A DNA stretch of 64,000 bases from Candidatus Bathyarchaeota archaeon. GTDB taxonomy: Archaea; Thermoproteota; Bathyarchaeia; 40CM-2-53-6. The DNA lies in the NCBI GenBank assembly GCA_963733055.1, contig CAVTBR010000001.1:1216001-1280000 (forward strand), written 5' to 3'. Below the pieces are notes generated by a model that searched no databases, was not told the DNA's origin, and saw only the letters and a program-made list of their open reading frames with translations. Positions 8,746 through 17,866 of the stretch are shown here, one piece after another; the first letter of the stretch is position 1, and every line of letters begins with the position of its first letter. The position numbers and the translations under genes are program-made.

Positions 8746-11517
8746 ATGTCAGCTACCGGCCGAGCCCTGAGAAAAGCTCGAAGCGTGATGGGCAGGTACG
8801 TAAACCGCGAGGTCCTAGCGGAACGTGTCGACGGCATTCGCAAAGCAGCGTCAGGAGTTTCTCGCGGGACTGTTCTAGAATACATCGCCCTCGGACTGAT
8901 AGTGATCATCGCCCTAGCTGTTAGATTGATGCCAATTCGCTGGGGATACTACCTCAACGAATTTGACCCATACCTCCAATGGCGAATGGCACAGTTCACA
9001 GTCGATCATGGTTTTCTCGCTTGGTTCCAATGGCATGACAGCATGAGCTGGTTCCCATACGGTGCCGACATGCCGACTTGGAACTTGTACGGTGAAGCGT
9101 TCGTTGTCGCGGCCATAGTAATGCTGCTACGCTTCATGGGGATAGGAGTTGCAGTGTTCGACGTAGCCATGGTCTTCCCTATTGTTGCAGGAACAATTAC
9201 GGTGTTGATCGCATATTTCCTCGGTAAGGATTTCTGGGGAAAAGGCGCTGGAATGTTAACCGCCCTGTTCCTAGCATTGAACCCTAGCAGCATCGGACGA
9301 ACTCAGCTCGGCTTCTTGCGTCACGAGCCCCTTGGGATTCTTCTAATGCTTGTGATCTTTCTCTCATTCCGTCGAGCAACGGTTGCCAGTTCCTCAACAC
9401 GCAAAACTATCGCGTACTCGGCAATAACAGGCTTCTCACTTTTCTATCTCGCAGCAGAATGGGCAGGCTCCCTCTTCCCACTCGATCTGATCCCCCTATA
9501 CGTCGTTGTCCTCGTCTTGGTCGGGCGCTATTCCAAGAAACTGCTTCTGAGCTATTCCCTTTCAATGGGCATCTTCCTTCTCTTCACTCCGTTCCTCGTC
9601 CCGAAACTCGGATTCGGTTCACTTACCGACCTCACATGGTTGGCTGTTCTCGGAGGAGAGCTGGTTCTCGTTGCTCGGGAAGCTTCGTCGTACCTTGAAA
9701 GTAATAGGATGCGGGTCTACACATTAGGAGCCGTCGTGCTGGGAACTGCGGCGCTCGTCGTAGTCCTCTCTTACTTCAACATCGCTGTAATACCATACGG
9801 CAAATTCTACGCCGTCATCAACCCATTCGTCCGCGGCGATGTTCCGATCATCGCTAGCGTTGCCGAACACCAACCAGCAACATGGGGGAGCTTCTTCTAC
9901 GAGTTCGGCGCCATAACTTTCCTAATTCTATTCGGAATAGTCTTCGTAATCCAGAGAGGTAGAAATGAAGATATATTCACAATCCTCTGGGCAGTAACCG
10001 GGGTCTACTTCGCCGCATCATTCGTGCGACTGACACTGTTACTCGCTCCCGTCTTCTGCATTCTAGGTGCAATTGGTACTGTTGAGTTAGGGAAACCCGC
10101 GGTTGACATTGTGCGAGAGGCCGTCATCTATCCGAAACGCAAGACTCGCGTAATCTCCAGGATAGGGCGGGAGTTTGGAGTCGCCATCTTCCTCATCTTG
10201 CTAATTGCCATAATTCCAACCTTCTGGACCGCCGTGCGGGGATCATACCAGCCTGCAACCATAGTCACGTCCAGCATTCCAACGGCACCTGCAGCCGGAA
10301 ATGAGCTGAAATACCAAGATTGGCTCGAAGCGTTATCGTGGATGCGTTTGAACACGCCGCCAAGCTCAGTTGTATTTGCGTGGTGGGATTACGGTTACTG
10401 GATAACGGCGCTCGGGCAACGTAGTACAATTGCGGACAACGGAACCCAAAACTCAACGCAGATAGGAATGGTCGCCCAGACTTTCCTCGATAACATCACG
10501 TTTGCACTTCCCAACCTTCAACGTTACAATGTTTCGTACGTAGCAATCTTCATCACCCCATCGAGCAGTAGCTCCGGAGGATGGCAGGGATTCGGTGAAG
10601 ATGGTAAATGGTATTGGATGGCCCGCATCGGGAACAATACCATGTGGAACGACAAATACCTGGTCAACTTCTATGTGACGAGCACCAACCCTCAGACTGG
10701 AGCTAGCGATTACTCACGAGTAATCAGGGCCCCAGTAACGAAGACGATCATAAGCAACGACACGCTCACGACCAGTGCACAGCTGAACGCGAATTCGATG
10801 CTCGGTTACATGATGACTTATGTTACGTCAAGCACTCAAACTACACCATCACCGTACCTCACTCAAGTATTTCAGTCAACTAACAAGTTCGTATACTTGT
10901 TCAAAGTGAATTTGATCAAGCAAAGTTTCATCACGATGCGGCCGGTCAATTCACAAATTGTGTACGGAACTCCGGTGACCATGACGGGCAACATTACGGA
11001 TACGAGTGGAAACCCACTCACCACGCAACCTGTGCAAGTCGCTTTGGAGTCGTCTGTTGATAGTGGACAGTCGTGGCAACAAATCGGAACGGTTACCGCT
11101 TCACCAAACGGTGCGTATAACTACACAGCACTTCCGAACGCGGGCACCTACGAGATTCGCGCCCACTACAGTGGCAGCTCAACATACGGCGACATCGTCT
11201 CAACGCCCCAAACAATTGTCGTTTCAAAGGCGAACGCCACCCTAACCCTATCAACTTCACCCGCCACATTCAGCCAAGGGCAAAACATCACGGTGACCGT
11301 AACACTCTCACCCTACGTGACAAACACGAACGTAACGGTCGCCTACACTTTCGACAATAAGACTTTCACCCCGGTCGATACGCTACTCATGACCTCGCCG
11401 ACAATGAGTTTCACATGGAAGGCCGATGTTCCAGGCACCTTCATGTTAGTCGCTACTCTGCAGGCAGGTACGAACTACAACCCTGCAACCGCATACCTCA
11501 CGATCCGCAGATCGTAA
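8746..11517 (+). CDS. aglB: Oligosaccharyltransferase AglB/STT3 with C-terminal Ig-like domains
   Basis: NEFDPY, ~13 TM helices, SVAEH, WWDYG, DNGT and EDGKWYWM (DK-type motif); Thr-rich beta-strand C-terminal ~200 aa. Confidence 0.95.
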   Translation: MSATGRALRKARSVMGRYVNREVLAERVDGIRKAASGVSRGTVLEYIALGLIVIIALAVRLMPIRWGYYLNEFDPYLQWRMAQFTVDHGFLAWFQWHDSMSWFPYGADMPTWNLYGEAFVVAAIVMLLRFMGIGVAVFDVAMVFPIVAGTITVLIAYFLGKDFWGKGAGMLTALFLALNPSSIGRTQLGFLRHEPLGILLMLVIFLSFRRATVASSSTRKTIAYSAITGFSLFYLAAEWAGSLFPLDLIPLYVVVLVLVGRYSKKLLLSYSLSMGIFLLFTPFLVPKLGFGSLTDLTWLAVLGGELVLVAREASSYLESNRMRVYTLGAVVLGTAALVVVLSYFNIAVIPYGKFYAVINPFVRGDVPIIASVAEHQPATWGSFFYEFGAITFLILFGIVFVIQRGRNEDIFTILWAVTGVYFAASFVRLTLLLAPVFCILGAIGTVELGKPAVDIVREAVIYPKRKTRVISRIGREFGVAIFLILLIAIIPTFWTAVRGSYQPATIVTSSIPTAPAAGNELKYQDWLEALSWMRLNTPPSSVVFAWWDYGYWITALGQRSTIADNGTQNSTQIGMVAQTFLDNITFALPNLQRYNVSYVAIFITPSSSSSGGWQGFGEDGKWYWMARIGNNTMWNDKYLVNFYVTSTNPQTGASDYSRVIRAPVTKTIISNDTLTTSAQLNANSMLGYMMTYVTSSTQTTPSPYLTQVFQSTNKFVYLFKVNLIKQSFITMRPVNSQIVYGTPVTMTGNITDTSGNPLTTQPVQVALESSVDSGQSWQQIGTVTASPNGAYNYTALPNAGTYEIRAHYSGSSTYGDIVSTPQTIVVSKANATLTLSTSPATFSQGQNITVTVTLSPYVTNTNVTVAYTFDNKTFTPVDTLLMTSPTMSFTWKADVPGTFMLVATLQAGTNYNPATAYLTIRRS

Positions 11518-11555
11518 GCAAAGACTAGCGGCTCTAGAGCAGAGCCGTCAGTTTC

Positions 11556-11708
11556 TTATTCGCTTCCAGGTTGACGTAGCTTAGCGTACTTGTCGTGCGG
11601 AGAAAATCTGGTCGGCTGTGGGCTAACGGTTTGTGATCCGCACTTAGGACAGTTAAGCTTCATTGTGTAGGTTTTGCAGCCCGGACATTTTCTTATGAGC
11701 CACTTCAA
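11556..11708 (-). CDS. nop10: H/ACA RNP protein Nop10 (absent from ORF track)
   Basis: Hand translation MKWLIRKCPGCKTYTMKLNCPKCGSQTVSPQPTRFSPHDKYAKLRQPGSE; TTG start overlaps the aIF2alpha stop. Confidence 0.93.
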   Translation of the reverse strand: MKWLIRKCPGCKTYTMKLNCPKCGSQTVSPQPTRFSPHDKYAKLRQPGSE

Positions 11709-12487
11709 CCTAGTTTGCGTCCTTCGCCGCCGAGACCCTTGATTGCGTTTAGCGCTTCGTCCAAGGCGAGGTTCAGCGTAGCCTGAGCGTCCGTTATTTC
11801 CTTGCTTCTGACCTCAAACCGGTACTTCGGGGATCCGAGCGTGTAGACTTTGATCGTGGTCCCGCGTGATTTCTTGACTTTCTTCGCCCCATGTAATGCT
11901 TGTCGAATCGCTTCAACGCCATCAGTCTTTACGCAGGTGAGTTCTACCGTCCCCGTAACCTTAGCCTTCTCAAGCCTGATCTTGCTTCTGGCCACCTCGG
12001 TTAGTGCCTTGGCCCAATCTTCGGCTATTCCAAGCTTGGTGAAGGTCTCTTCTCCTTCATCCGTTGCTTCCTCAAACGCGTCGAAGGGATTGTCGAACTT
12101 CTCGTAAATCACGTCACTAATCTTTGCTACGTCTTCGTCGCCGACTTGCAGTCGTTCAGCCGCACCTTTGATTATAGAGTCCGCCTTCTTCACTTTCTTC
12201 CATTCAAGCATCTTCTCGGACTTTTCACGGCCAGTGACTCTGCGGAGTGAAAGGTCAACTTGGTTGCGTTGGGGGCTTACCCGTAAGACTTTCAGGGCGA
12301 GTTTTTGGCCTGGTCTTACGTGGACTCTAATGTTTTTTACGTATGTGCTTGCGATTTCTGAAATGTGGATTAAGCCTTCGACGCCGTCGTACTCGTCGAG
12401 TTTGACGTATGCCCCGTAATCCACAACGCGCGTGACAGAGGCTACGACAAGGTCGCCGACTTCGGGATATTCAACGGGGCTTGACAT
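11705..12487 (-). CDS. eif2a: Translation initiation factor aIF-2 alpha
   Basis: YPEVGDLV, S1 domain GLIHISE, VDLSLRRV, GSPKYR. Confidence 0.96.
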   Translation of the reverse strand: MSSPVEYPEVGDLVVASVTRVVDYGAYVKLDEYDGVEGLIHISEIASTYVKNIRVHVRPGQKLALKVLRVSPQRNQVDLSLRRVTGREKSEKMLEWKKVKKADSIIKGAAERLQVGDEDVAKISDVIYEKFDNPFDAFEEATDEGEETFTKLGIAEDWAKALTEVARSKIRLEKAKVTGTVELTCVKTDGVEAIRQALHGAKKVKKSRGTTIKVYTLGSPKYRFEVRSKEITDAQATLNLALDEALNAIKGLGGEGRKLG

Positions 12488-12501
12488 CGTTCTTCGCCGG
12501 T

Positions 12502-12696
12502 TTATCCGAGGACTTGAACTACCTCGGCCTTGAGCGTTGCCTTTCCACCAGTGGGATCAGCTAGCACTTCACTGCAAACCGAACAGTGCGGAGCGAGGGA
12601 TGGCCGGTCAAATACGACTTGCTCATTCCCACATTTCGGGCACTTGACCCTGATGAAGTTGCTCTGAGGCTTCGGAATTAATTCGCCTTTAACCAC
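12502..12696 (-). CDS. rps27e: 30S ribosomal protein S27e
   Basis: FIRVKCPKCGNEQVVF, CSVC, PTGGKA. Confidence 0.96.
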   Translation of the reverse strand: MVKGELIPKPQSNFIRVKCPKCGNEQVVFDRPSLAPHCSVCSEVLADPTGGKATLKAEVVQVLG

Positions 12697-12859
12697 TTCT
12701 CATTCCCAACCTACTGAGGAAACTGCCAGAAAGGAAGCATACAACATAAGGCTTCTGTTAGCCATCCGGTAGATGGATCGGTTCGCAGAACCGAAAATAA
12801 TGATCATTGTAAGGTGATCAATGAATGGGGAGAACCGTCTAGCGGGAGGTGGATGTTGC

Positions 12860-13135
12860 TTAGGTGAGGTCTAGTTTGCGAAGTCGTATTCCGAGTCTAA
12901 AGACTACGGCGTCGCATGTTCGACAGGTAAGTCTGAGCAACATTTTTTTCGTTGTCTTAGCTGTCCTTTTGAGTTTTGGAAACTTTTGGCCGCCGTACCC
13001 GAGCTCGTCACGTGCGTGCCGCCTATTCCCGACGGCCATCGCTCTATCCTTGCCTTTCTTGTATATCGACACTTGATGATCAGTATGGGTTTTGCACTTA
13101 GGGCAGAAGGTCCTCATTTCTTTAGGCACTTTCAT
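12860..13135 (-). CDS. rpl44e: 50S ribosomal protein L44e (eL42)
   Basis: TFCPKCKTHT, GYGGQ, AKTTKK, CRTC. Confidence 0.96.
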   Translation of the reverse strand: MKVPKEMRTFCPKCKTHTDHQVSIYKKGKDRAMAVGNRRHARDELGYGGQKFPKLKRTAKTTKKMLLRLTCRTCDAVVFRLGIRLRKLDLT

Positions 13136-13176
13136 ACTGATCAGCTCGAATTCGGTACTAGCCTTGCGTGTTCTAT

Positions 13177-13767
13177 TTATTGTTGATGGCGATTTGAGCC
13201 TTCGTTCTTCGCGGTTTTGTGAAAGTTTCTTACTTCAATCTCTTTCGCGGCGCCTTGCTTAACCAAAGCCCTAGCATTTTGATCGGGAAGCGAGCCGACG
13301 TCTTCTTTCTTGTAGGGTCCGTAAATTTTCAAGTCAGTCCCAACTATTTCGGGTATGTCTTGCAGAAATCTCACGATTGACAATTCAGTTGGTTCTTCAG
13401 ATGTGGCGTCTTCGGTGCGAGCGGGCTCGTTTTTTCCTTGCCCGAAGGCTTTCATGGAGTCCTCGATGCCTTTGACCAGGGTCTTTTCTTCATCCGTTAA
13501 CCCTGTGGTGTCCACATCGCCTTGGCGTTTGGTGGCGCTTACGAGTTTCTGAAGCCTTGCCTCCTTCAATTCCCGTAGAAGTCTTGTTACGACTTCCTTT
13601 TCTTTTAGGGCGAGGCGGCCCTGAAGTGTGTGTGGCTCCAGAGCTGCGGAGTCTTGCTCCAAACCACTAAGGTAAGCCTGAACCTTTCGATAGAAATCGC
13701 CCGCGAGAGGTTGGGCCCTCTCAGAACTCTTCTCGGACTTCCATGCCTTGTACAGCTCGTTATACAA
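13177..13767 (-). CDS. GINS complex subunit Gins15
   Basis: R..KL..., LTDEEK and C-terminal B domain VRFLQDIPEIVGTDLKIYGPY; position downstream of priS. Confidence 0.88.
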   Translation of the reverse strand: MYNELYKAWKSEKSSERAQPLAGDFYRKVQAYLSGLEQDSAALEPHTLQGRLALKEKEVVTRLLRELKEARLQKLVSATKRQGDVDTTGLTDEEKTLVKGIEDSMKAFGQGKNEPARTEDATSEEPTELSIVRFLQDIPEIVGTDLKIYGPYKKEDVGSLPDQNARALVKQGAAKEIEVRNFHKTAKNEGSNRHQQ

Positions 13768-13769
13768 AC

Positions 13770-15040
13770 TTAGTTCACCGGCGATGCAACGCCCTTTGCG
13801 ATCAGCAGTATGGCGGCAGCAAGTGGCAATTCAACTTTCTCATCGGCATAGGGGCCGAAGGTTTGATCCCGAAGCCTCAGCGCGGGGGCTTCCGTAATCT
13901 CAACTTTCTGTGTTCCTTCAAAAACGACGGGTTCATAGAATGGGTCAAATTCCTCTAGGCGATCCAGTTTGACTACTATCGCTTTAAGGCCGGTCTTTCC
14001 GTTTAGCGTTCCCGGCATTCTGATCAACCTGTGAACGTCGGTTGTGACGACGGTATCTATCTTGGCGGGTAGCGCGACTAGGCTCATCGCTTTTTCGACG
14101 ATGTTCCTCCAGATTTTTTCGTTGATTCTCCATTTATCTTGAAATGAGCTCCAAAGCATTTTCCTCGACCATTCAGTTTTGATTCGTTGACGGTCGTTGA
14201 GGATCTGGGCTGCCGCTCCACGCGTGAAGCCAAGTTCAACTAGTGAATTTTGATCCCATTCCGTGAGAATCTGATATACTCCTCTCGCCAGCCTGCCCCT
14301 CCATCCTAGATCAGTTAGGTCGGGTCCAACTATGATGGAGTGTTTGCTGTCGAACAGGCCCTGGTACAAACCCTGTTCCGCAGGGTCCAGCCCCAGCGCC
14401 ATTACGTAATCCACTATCTCTCTCCTCTGCACGTCGTCTAATGTCTTCAAACTGTCCGAGACTACGTGTAGGTGGTAACCTCTATGGCCAGAGAAGAAAA
14501 GATGTATTTCGTTTGATTTGATTCCGAAATCCTCTCCGAGAAATTCTAGAAGCTTCAAGACCTCTTCCTTAGCCGCAACGAGGCAGCGGTCGCAGAGCCA
14601 CGCTTTTTCCTCAAGCTTCTCGTTCCCACACTTAGGGCATTTCAGAGGTTTCTTTCCCCTCCTCGTTTCTTTGCAACTCGTGCAGACCCACATGTCATGA
14701 GTCTCCTTACATGGTGTATCGATGTGATCCTGCGTCGACATCGAAGACCACGTCGGAGCCTAACCACCCTTTACTTGCCATCTCAAGGTCCGGGTGCTGA
14801 TAGTAAGCGGTCGAGTAGTAGACGTCGGAGGGAGCGAGTGATAGTAATGAGTTGGTAAACATGTTGAAGTCATTGAACGCCTTATGCCTCACCATCACGC
14901 GTTTGCGGAAGAGTAGAAAACCGAATTCGTAGTTCGACCATTGATGGCGGAGGGTTAAGGGACGCAACGTTTGCTTTGTAGTATTCTTGGAATTTGAGTT
15001 TGAGAAATTCGAAGCGTTGCGTTGGGGTTTTGGTTTGCAA
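13770..15040 (-). CDS. priS: DNA primase small subunit, interrupted by two +1 frameshifts (probable assembly errors)
   Basis: Three frames give FQEYY..PPSM / EFGF..RH..YYSTAYY..WLGSDVVFDVDA / DH..FSGHRGYH..IDTVVTTDVHRLIRMPGTLNGKTG; removing one C at ~14938 and one at ~14729 gives 423 codons. Confidence 0.9.
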
Positions 15041-15167
15041 ATTATTCTCATCGATTCGTGGAGTTCCCAGATCTTTGGCAAATCTCGTTTGGGGCGCCGA
15101 GCATATAGCTTTACCATGCGCTCACTTCATAAGCGGGTTCAGAGACTGATTTGAATGGTTGATTGAG

Positions 15168-15482
15168 ATGAGCGAAGGCTACGCAAAGGTGGGCCATGTT
15201 GCCGATTTTCCAGCAGGTTCTCTCAAGAAAGTAACGGTTGGTGTGGATGAAGTGGTCGTCGCCAACCTTGGAGGTAAGCTGTATGCGATCACGAGTAAGT
15301 GCACTCATAGGGGAGGGCCTCTAGACGAGGGTGAACTTGAGGGCAACACAATAATCTGCCCTTGGCACGGCGGCAAATTTGATGTTACTTCAGGAAAGGT
15401 CGTTAGCCCGCCCCCAATGAAGGACGAATCCTCCTTCTCCGTAAAAATCGAAGGCACCGACGTGATGCTCAAGAAGATGTAG
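15168..15482 (+). CDS. Rieske (2Fe-2S) ferredoxin
   Basis: CTHRGGPL and CPWHGGKFD. Confidence 0.93.
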   Translation: MSEGYAKVGHVADFPAGSLKKVTVGVDEVVVANLGGKLYAITSKCTHRGGPLDEGELEGNTIICPWHGGKFDVTSGKVVSPPPMKDESSFSVKIEGTDVMLKKM

Positions 15483-15490
15483 CCGCAGAA

Positions 15491-17863
15491 TCAGCTAAGC
15501 TTTCTTCTCGCAAATATCACGGCCGAGAGCACAACAACCGTCGAGATTACAATCACTTCAGAGAACGTTTGCTCTGAAATGGTTAGAGTGTAGACTGCGG
15601 TTATCGACTTCGGGCCATCCATCAAAATCACATTTGAGTGGGTAGCGCCGTTACTTGTAGCCCAGTAGCTTAGAACGTACGCCGAACCTAGATAACCCGG
15701 GAAGCCGGGAGCGGGCACAAGTTCGGGTGCGGATACCGTCGCGTTGCTGTTTGCGGCGTACCATCCGCTGCCGCTGGTCGGACCGAAACGGGAGTTGACT
15801 GTTAGCAAGTATTGTGGGTTGTAATTGATTATTATCAGAGGATTCGTTGTGCCGGTGGAGCTTGCATTCTGATATACATAGCGAGTATCAGGGCCTGCTT
15901 GGATTTGGTGGTCGAAAGAGACACTCGAAGTCGACCCTTTGAGATAGTAGACATCAGCCCACGATCCTCCCGACACTTGCATGATTTCATTACCATTCAG
16001 TCGGACGGGGACCTGGAGCGCAGATGGGAGTCCAATGATCACCAGGGTCTGTCTGAAGAAGCCCGTTGCGGTTCTTGCGTCTAGTATTCCGAAACCCCAG
16101 ATTGCGGAACCATCCGTAACCGTACCGGTGTTCGCATCTAGCCGCGCTGTTTCACGCAGCATGCCCGGAATATCGGTTGCTTGAAGGTTCGGCGAGTATT
16201 GGAGCATCAGAGCGATGGCGCCGGCCACGTGTGGGGTAGACATGCTGGTGCCCGCCAGAATTCTGTGGTACCGGTCGGGGTCACTCTGAGTTTGGGGTAC
16301 GAGGCTTGACCTTGCCGAGGCTATTACTTCGCCTGGAGCAACGATGTCGGGTTTCGTCCGGCCGTCCCTGGTTGGGCCGAGAGAGCTGAAAGACGAAATT
16401 CCTCCTATGGGAATATCCGTTCTGCCGTAGGTGTTTCCGTCCATTCCAATCCACGAAGTCTTTGTGACGTATGAGCCAACGGTTACAACGTCCCTGGCTG
16501 TGGCAGGTATACCTATAGTATCCTGAGAATCAATCACATATCCATCCCCCGGCAAGAAGACGGACCCCGGAAAAGTGCATGTTGCGGAATCGGTCCACGT
16601 GTTCCAGAATCCTTGAGAGTGAACTTGGTCCCCTACCAAACTCACTCCCCAACCATCAAGTGGTAGGGGGTTGGTCGAGTTAACCTCGATATAGAGTTCG
16701 TTGCCGTTAGGGAAGGAAGTTGCGGTTGTGTTGAGTTGGCCGAAGCCGGTAACTATTCCTCCAGGTACGGTGAGCACCGGGTAAGACCTGCCGTCGGGTG
16801 TGTGTACCGTCGCGGAAATCTGATCTTGTGAGGAGTACCAGATATCTACAGCTACGTCGACGGTTGTTTGCTTAAACTCAAGTTGGAAGGTGGTGTTTTG
16901 GCCTTGGGATATTTGTCCGTCGATGTGGTCTTGATCTTCCGCCGCGTTGCCGGCGGCGACAACGATGGGCGTGCCAGCCTTTACGAAAGCGTCGAGGGCA
17001 CGTTCGAATGGGTCGGTGCCGTCGTGGGCGCCAATGTTGCCGCCTAGGCTGAGGCTGACTACCAATCGCATCTTAAGTGATGCTGCTTTCCTGACCATGT
17101 AATTTATGCCGTCGAGAATTTGGTTTGTGTTGAAGGTCCAACTTTCGCCATTACAAACTTCATAGCCGCTCTTGACGAAAATTATGTTAGCGCCCGGCGC
17201 GACGCCGGTGTAATTACCGGTCGCCATACCCGAGCTGGCTGCGATTCCGGCCACGTGTGTTCCATGTCCAAACGTGTCCTTCTCGGGGCATGTTTTCGTT
17301 TGTATGTCCGTCGCTGTGCACTCGTAGCCGTAATTGAATCCTGAAGGCGCGCGGCCGGTCGTGGTCTGATCCCATACGTATAGGATCTTGGTCGTGCCGT
17401 TGGGGAAAGTGAAATCGGGGTGGGCCGTGTCGATTCCAGTGTCCACAAACCCAACGATCACACCCGCCCCGGTCACGTTCTTTCCGAAAGGATCCTTTAC
17501 CTCGTCCCAAACTTGCGGAGCACCGACGTCGGGTACGCTCTTGTCGAGTTGAACGCTGAGAGGGTACGATTTCTCGATACGGATTATGAATGGAAGTCGG
17601 GCCATCTCAGCTAACGCCGGCGAGTTGATTTGCATAACGGCCACTGGGCCGGCTACGGTTGTGACCGTGCCGTAGCTTTCAAGAAGTTGAATATCCACGG
17701 GGGAGAGGTCGAGTTGGCTCTCCACCAGTACAGAAAAATGGCTAGCCAGCGGCATTGAGCCCTGGATGATTATTGGAGCCTGGTGTGAGGGAGTTAGAGG
17801 GATCATTCCCCCAAGAATGATCAGAAAAGCCATTGAGGCAAGGATTATTGCTTTCTTGTTCAC
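15491..17863 (-). CDS. Secreted, membrane-anchored S8 subtilase (Csp-like insertion)
   Basis: Signal peptide, VDTG / HGTHVAG / GTSMS triad, AAGN, inserted beta domain, C-terminal TM plus RRK. Confidence 0.93.
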   Translation of the reverse strand: MNKKAIILASMAFLIILGGMIPLTPSHQAPIIIQGSMPLASHFSVLVESQLDLSPVDIQLLESYGTVTTVAGPVAVMQINSPALAEMARLPFIIRIEKSYPLSVQLDKSVPDVGAPQVWDEVKDPFGKNVTGAGVIVGFVDTGIDTAHPDFTFPNGTTKILYVWDQTTTGRAPSGFNYGYECTATDIQTKTCPEKDTFGHGTHVAGIAASSGMATGNYTGVAPGANIIFVKSGYEVCNGESWTFNTNQILDGINYMVRKAASLKMRLVVSLSLGGNIGAHDGTDPFERALDAFVKAGTPIVVAAGNAAEDQDHIDGQISQGQNTTFQLEFKQTTVDVAVDIWYSSQDQISATVHTPDGRSYPVLTVPGGIVTGFGQLNTTATSFPNGNELYIEVNSTNPLPLDGWGVSLVGDQVHSQGFWNTWTDSATCTFPGSVFLPGDGYVIDSQDTIGIPATARDVVTVGSYVTKTSWIGMDGNTYGRTDIPIGGISSFSSLGPTRDGRTKPDIVAPGEVIASARSSLVPQTQSDPDRYHRILAGTSMSTPHVAGAIALMLQYSPNLQATDIPGMLRETARLDANTGTVTDGSAIWGFGILDARTATGFFRQTLVIIGLPSALQVPVRLNGNEIMQVSGGSWADVYYLKGSTSSVSFDHQIQAGPDTRYVYQNASSTGTTNPLIIINYNPQYLLTVNSRFGPTSGSGWYAANSNATVSAPELVPAPGFPGYLGSAYVLSYWATSNGATHSNVILMDGPKSITAVYTLTISEQTFSEVIVISTVVVLSAVIFARRKLS

Positions 17864-17866
17864 TGA

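Noticed and set aside
14700-14945. Programmed frameshifting or a naturally split priS
   Set aside because: No slippery sequence; two indels plus similar ones in unrelated genes favour assembly error
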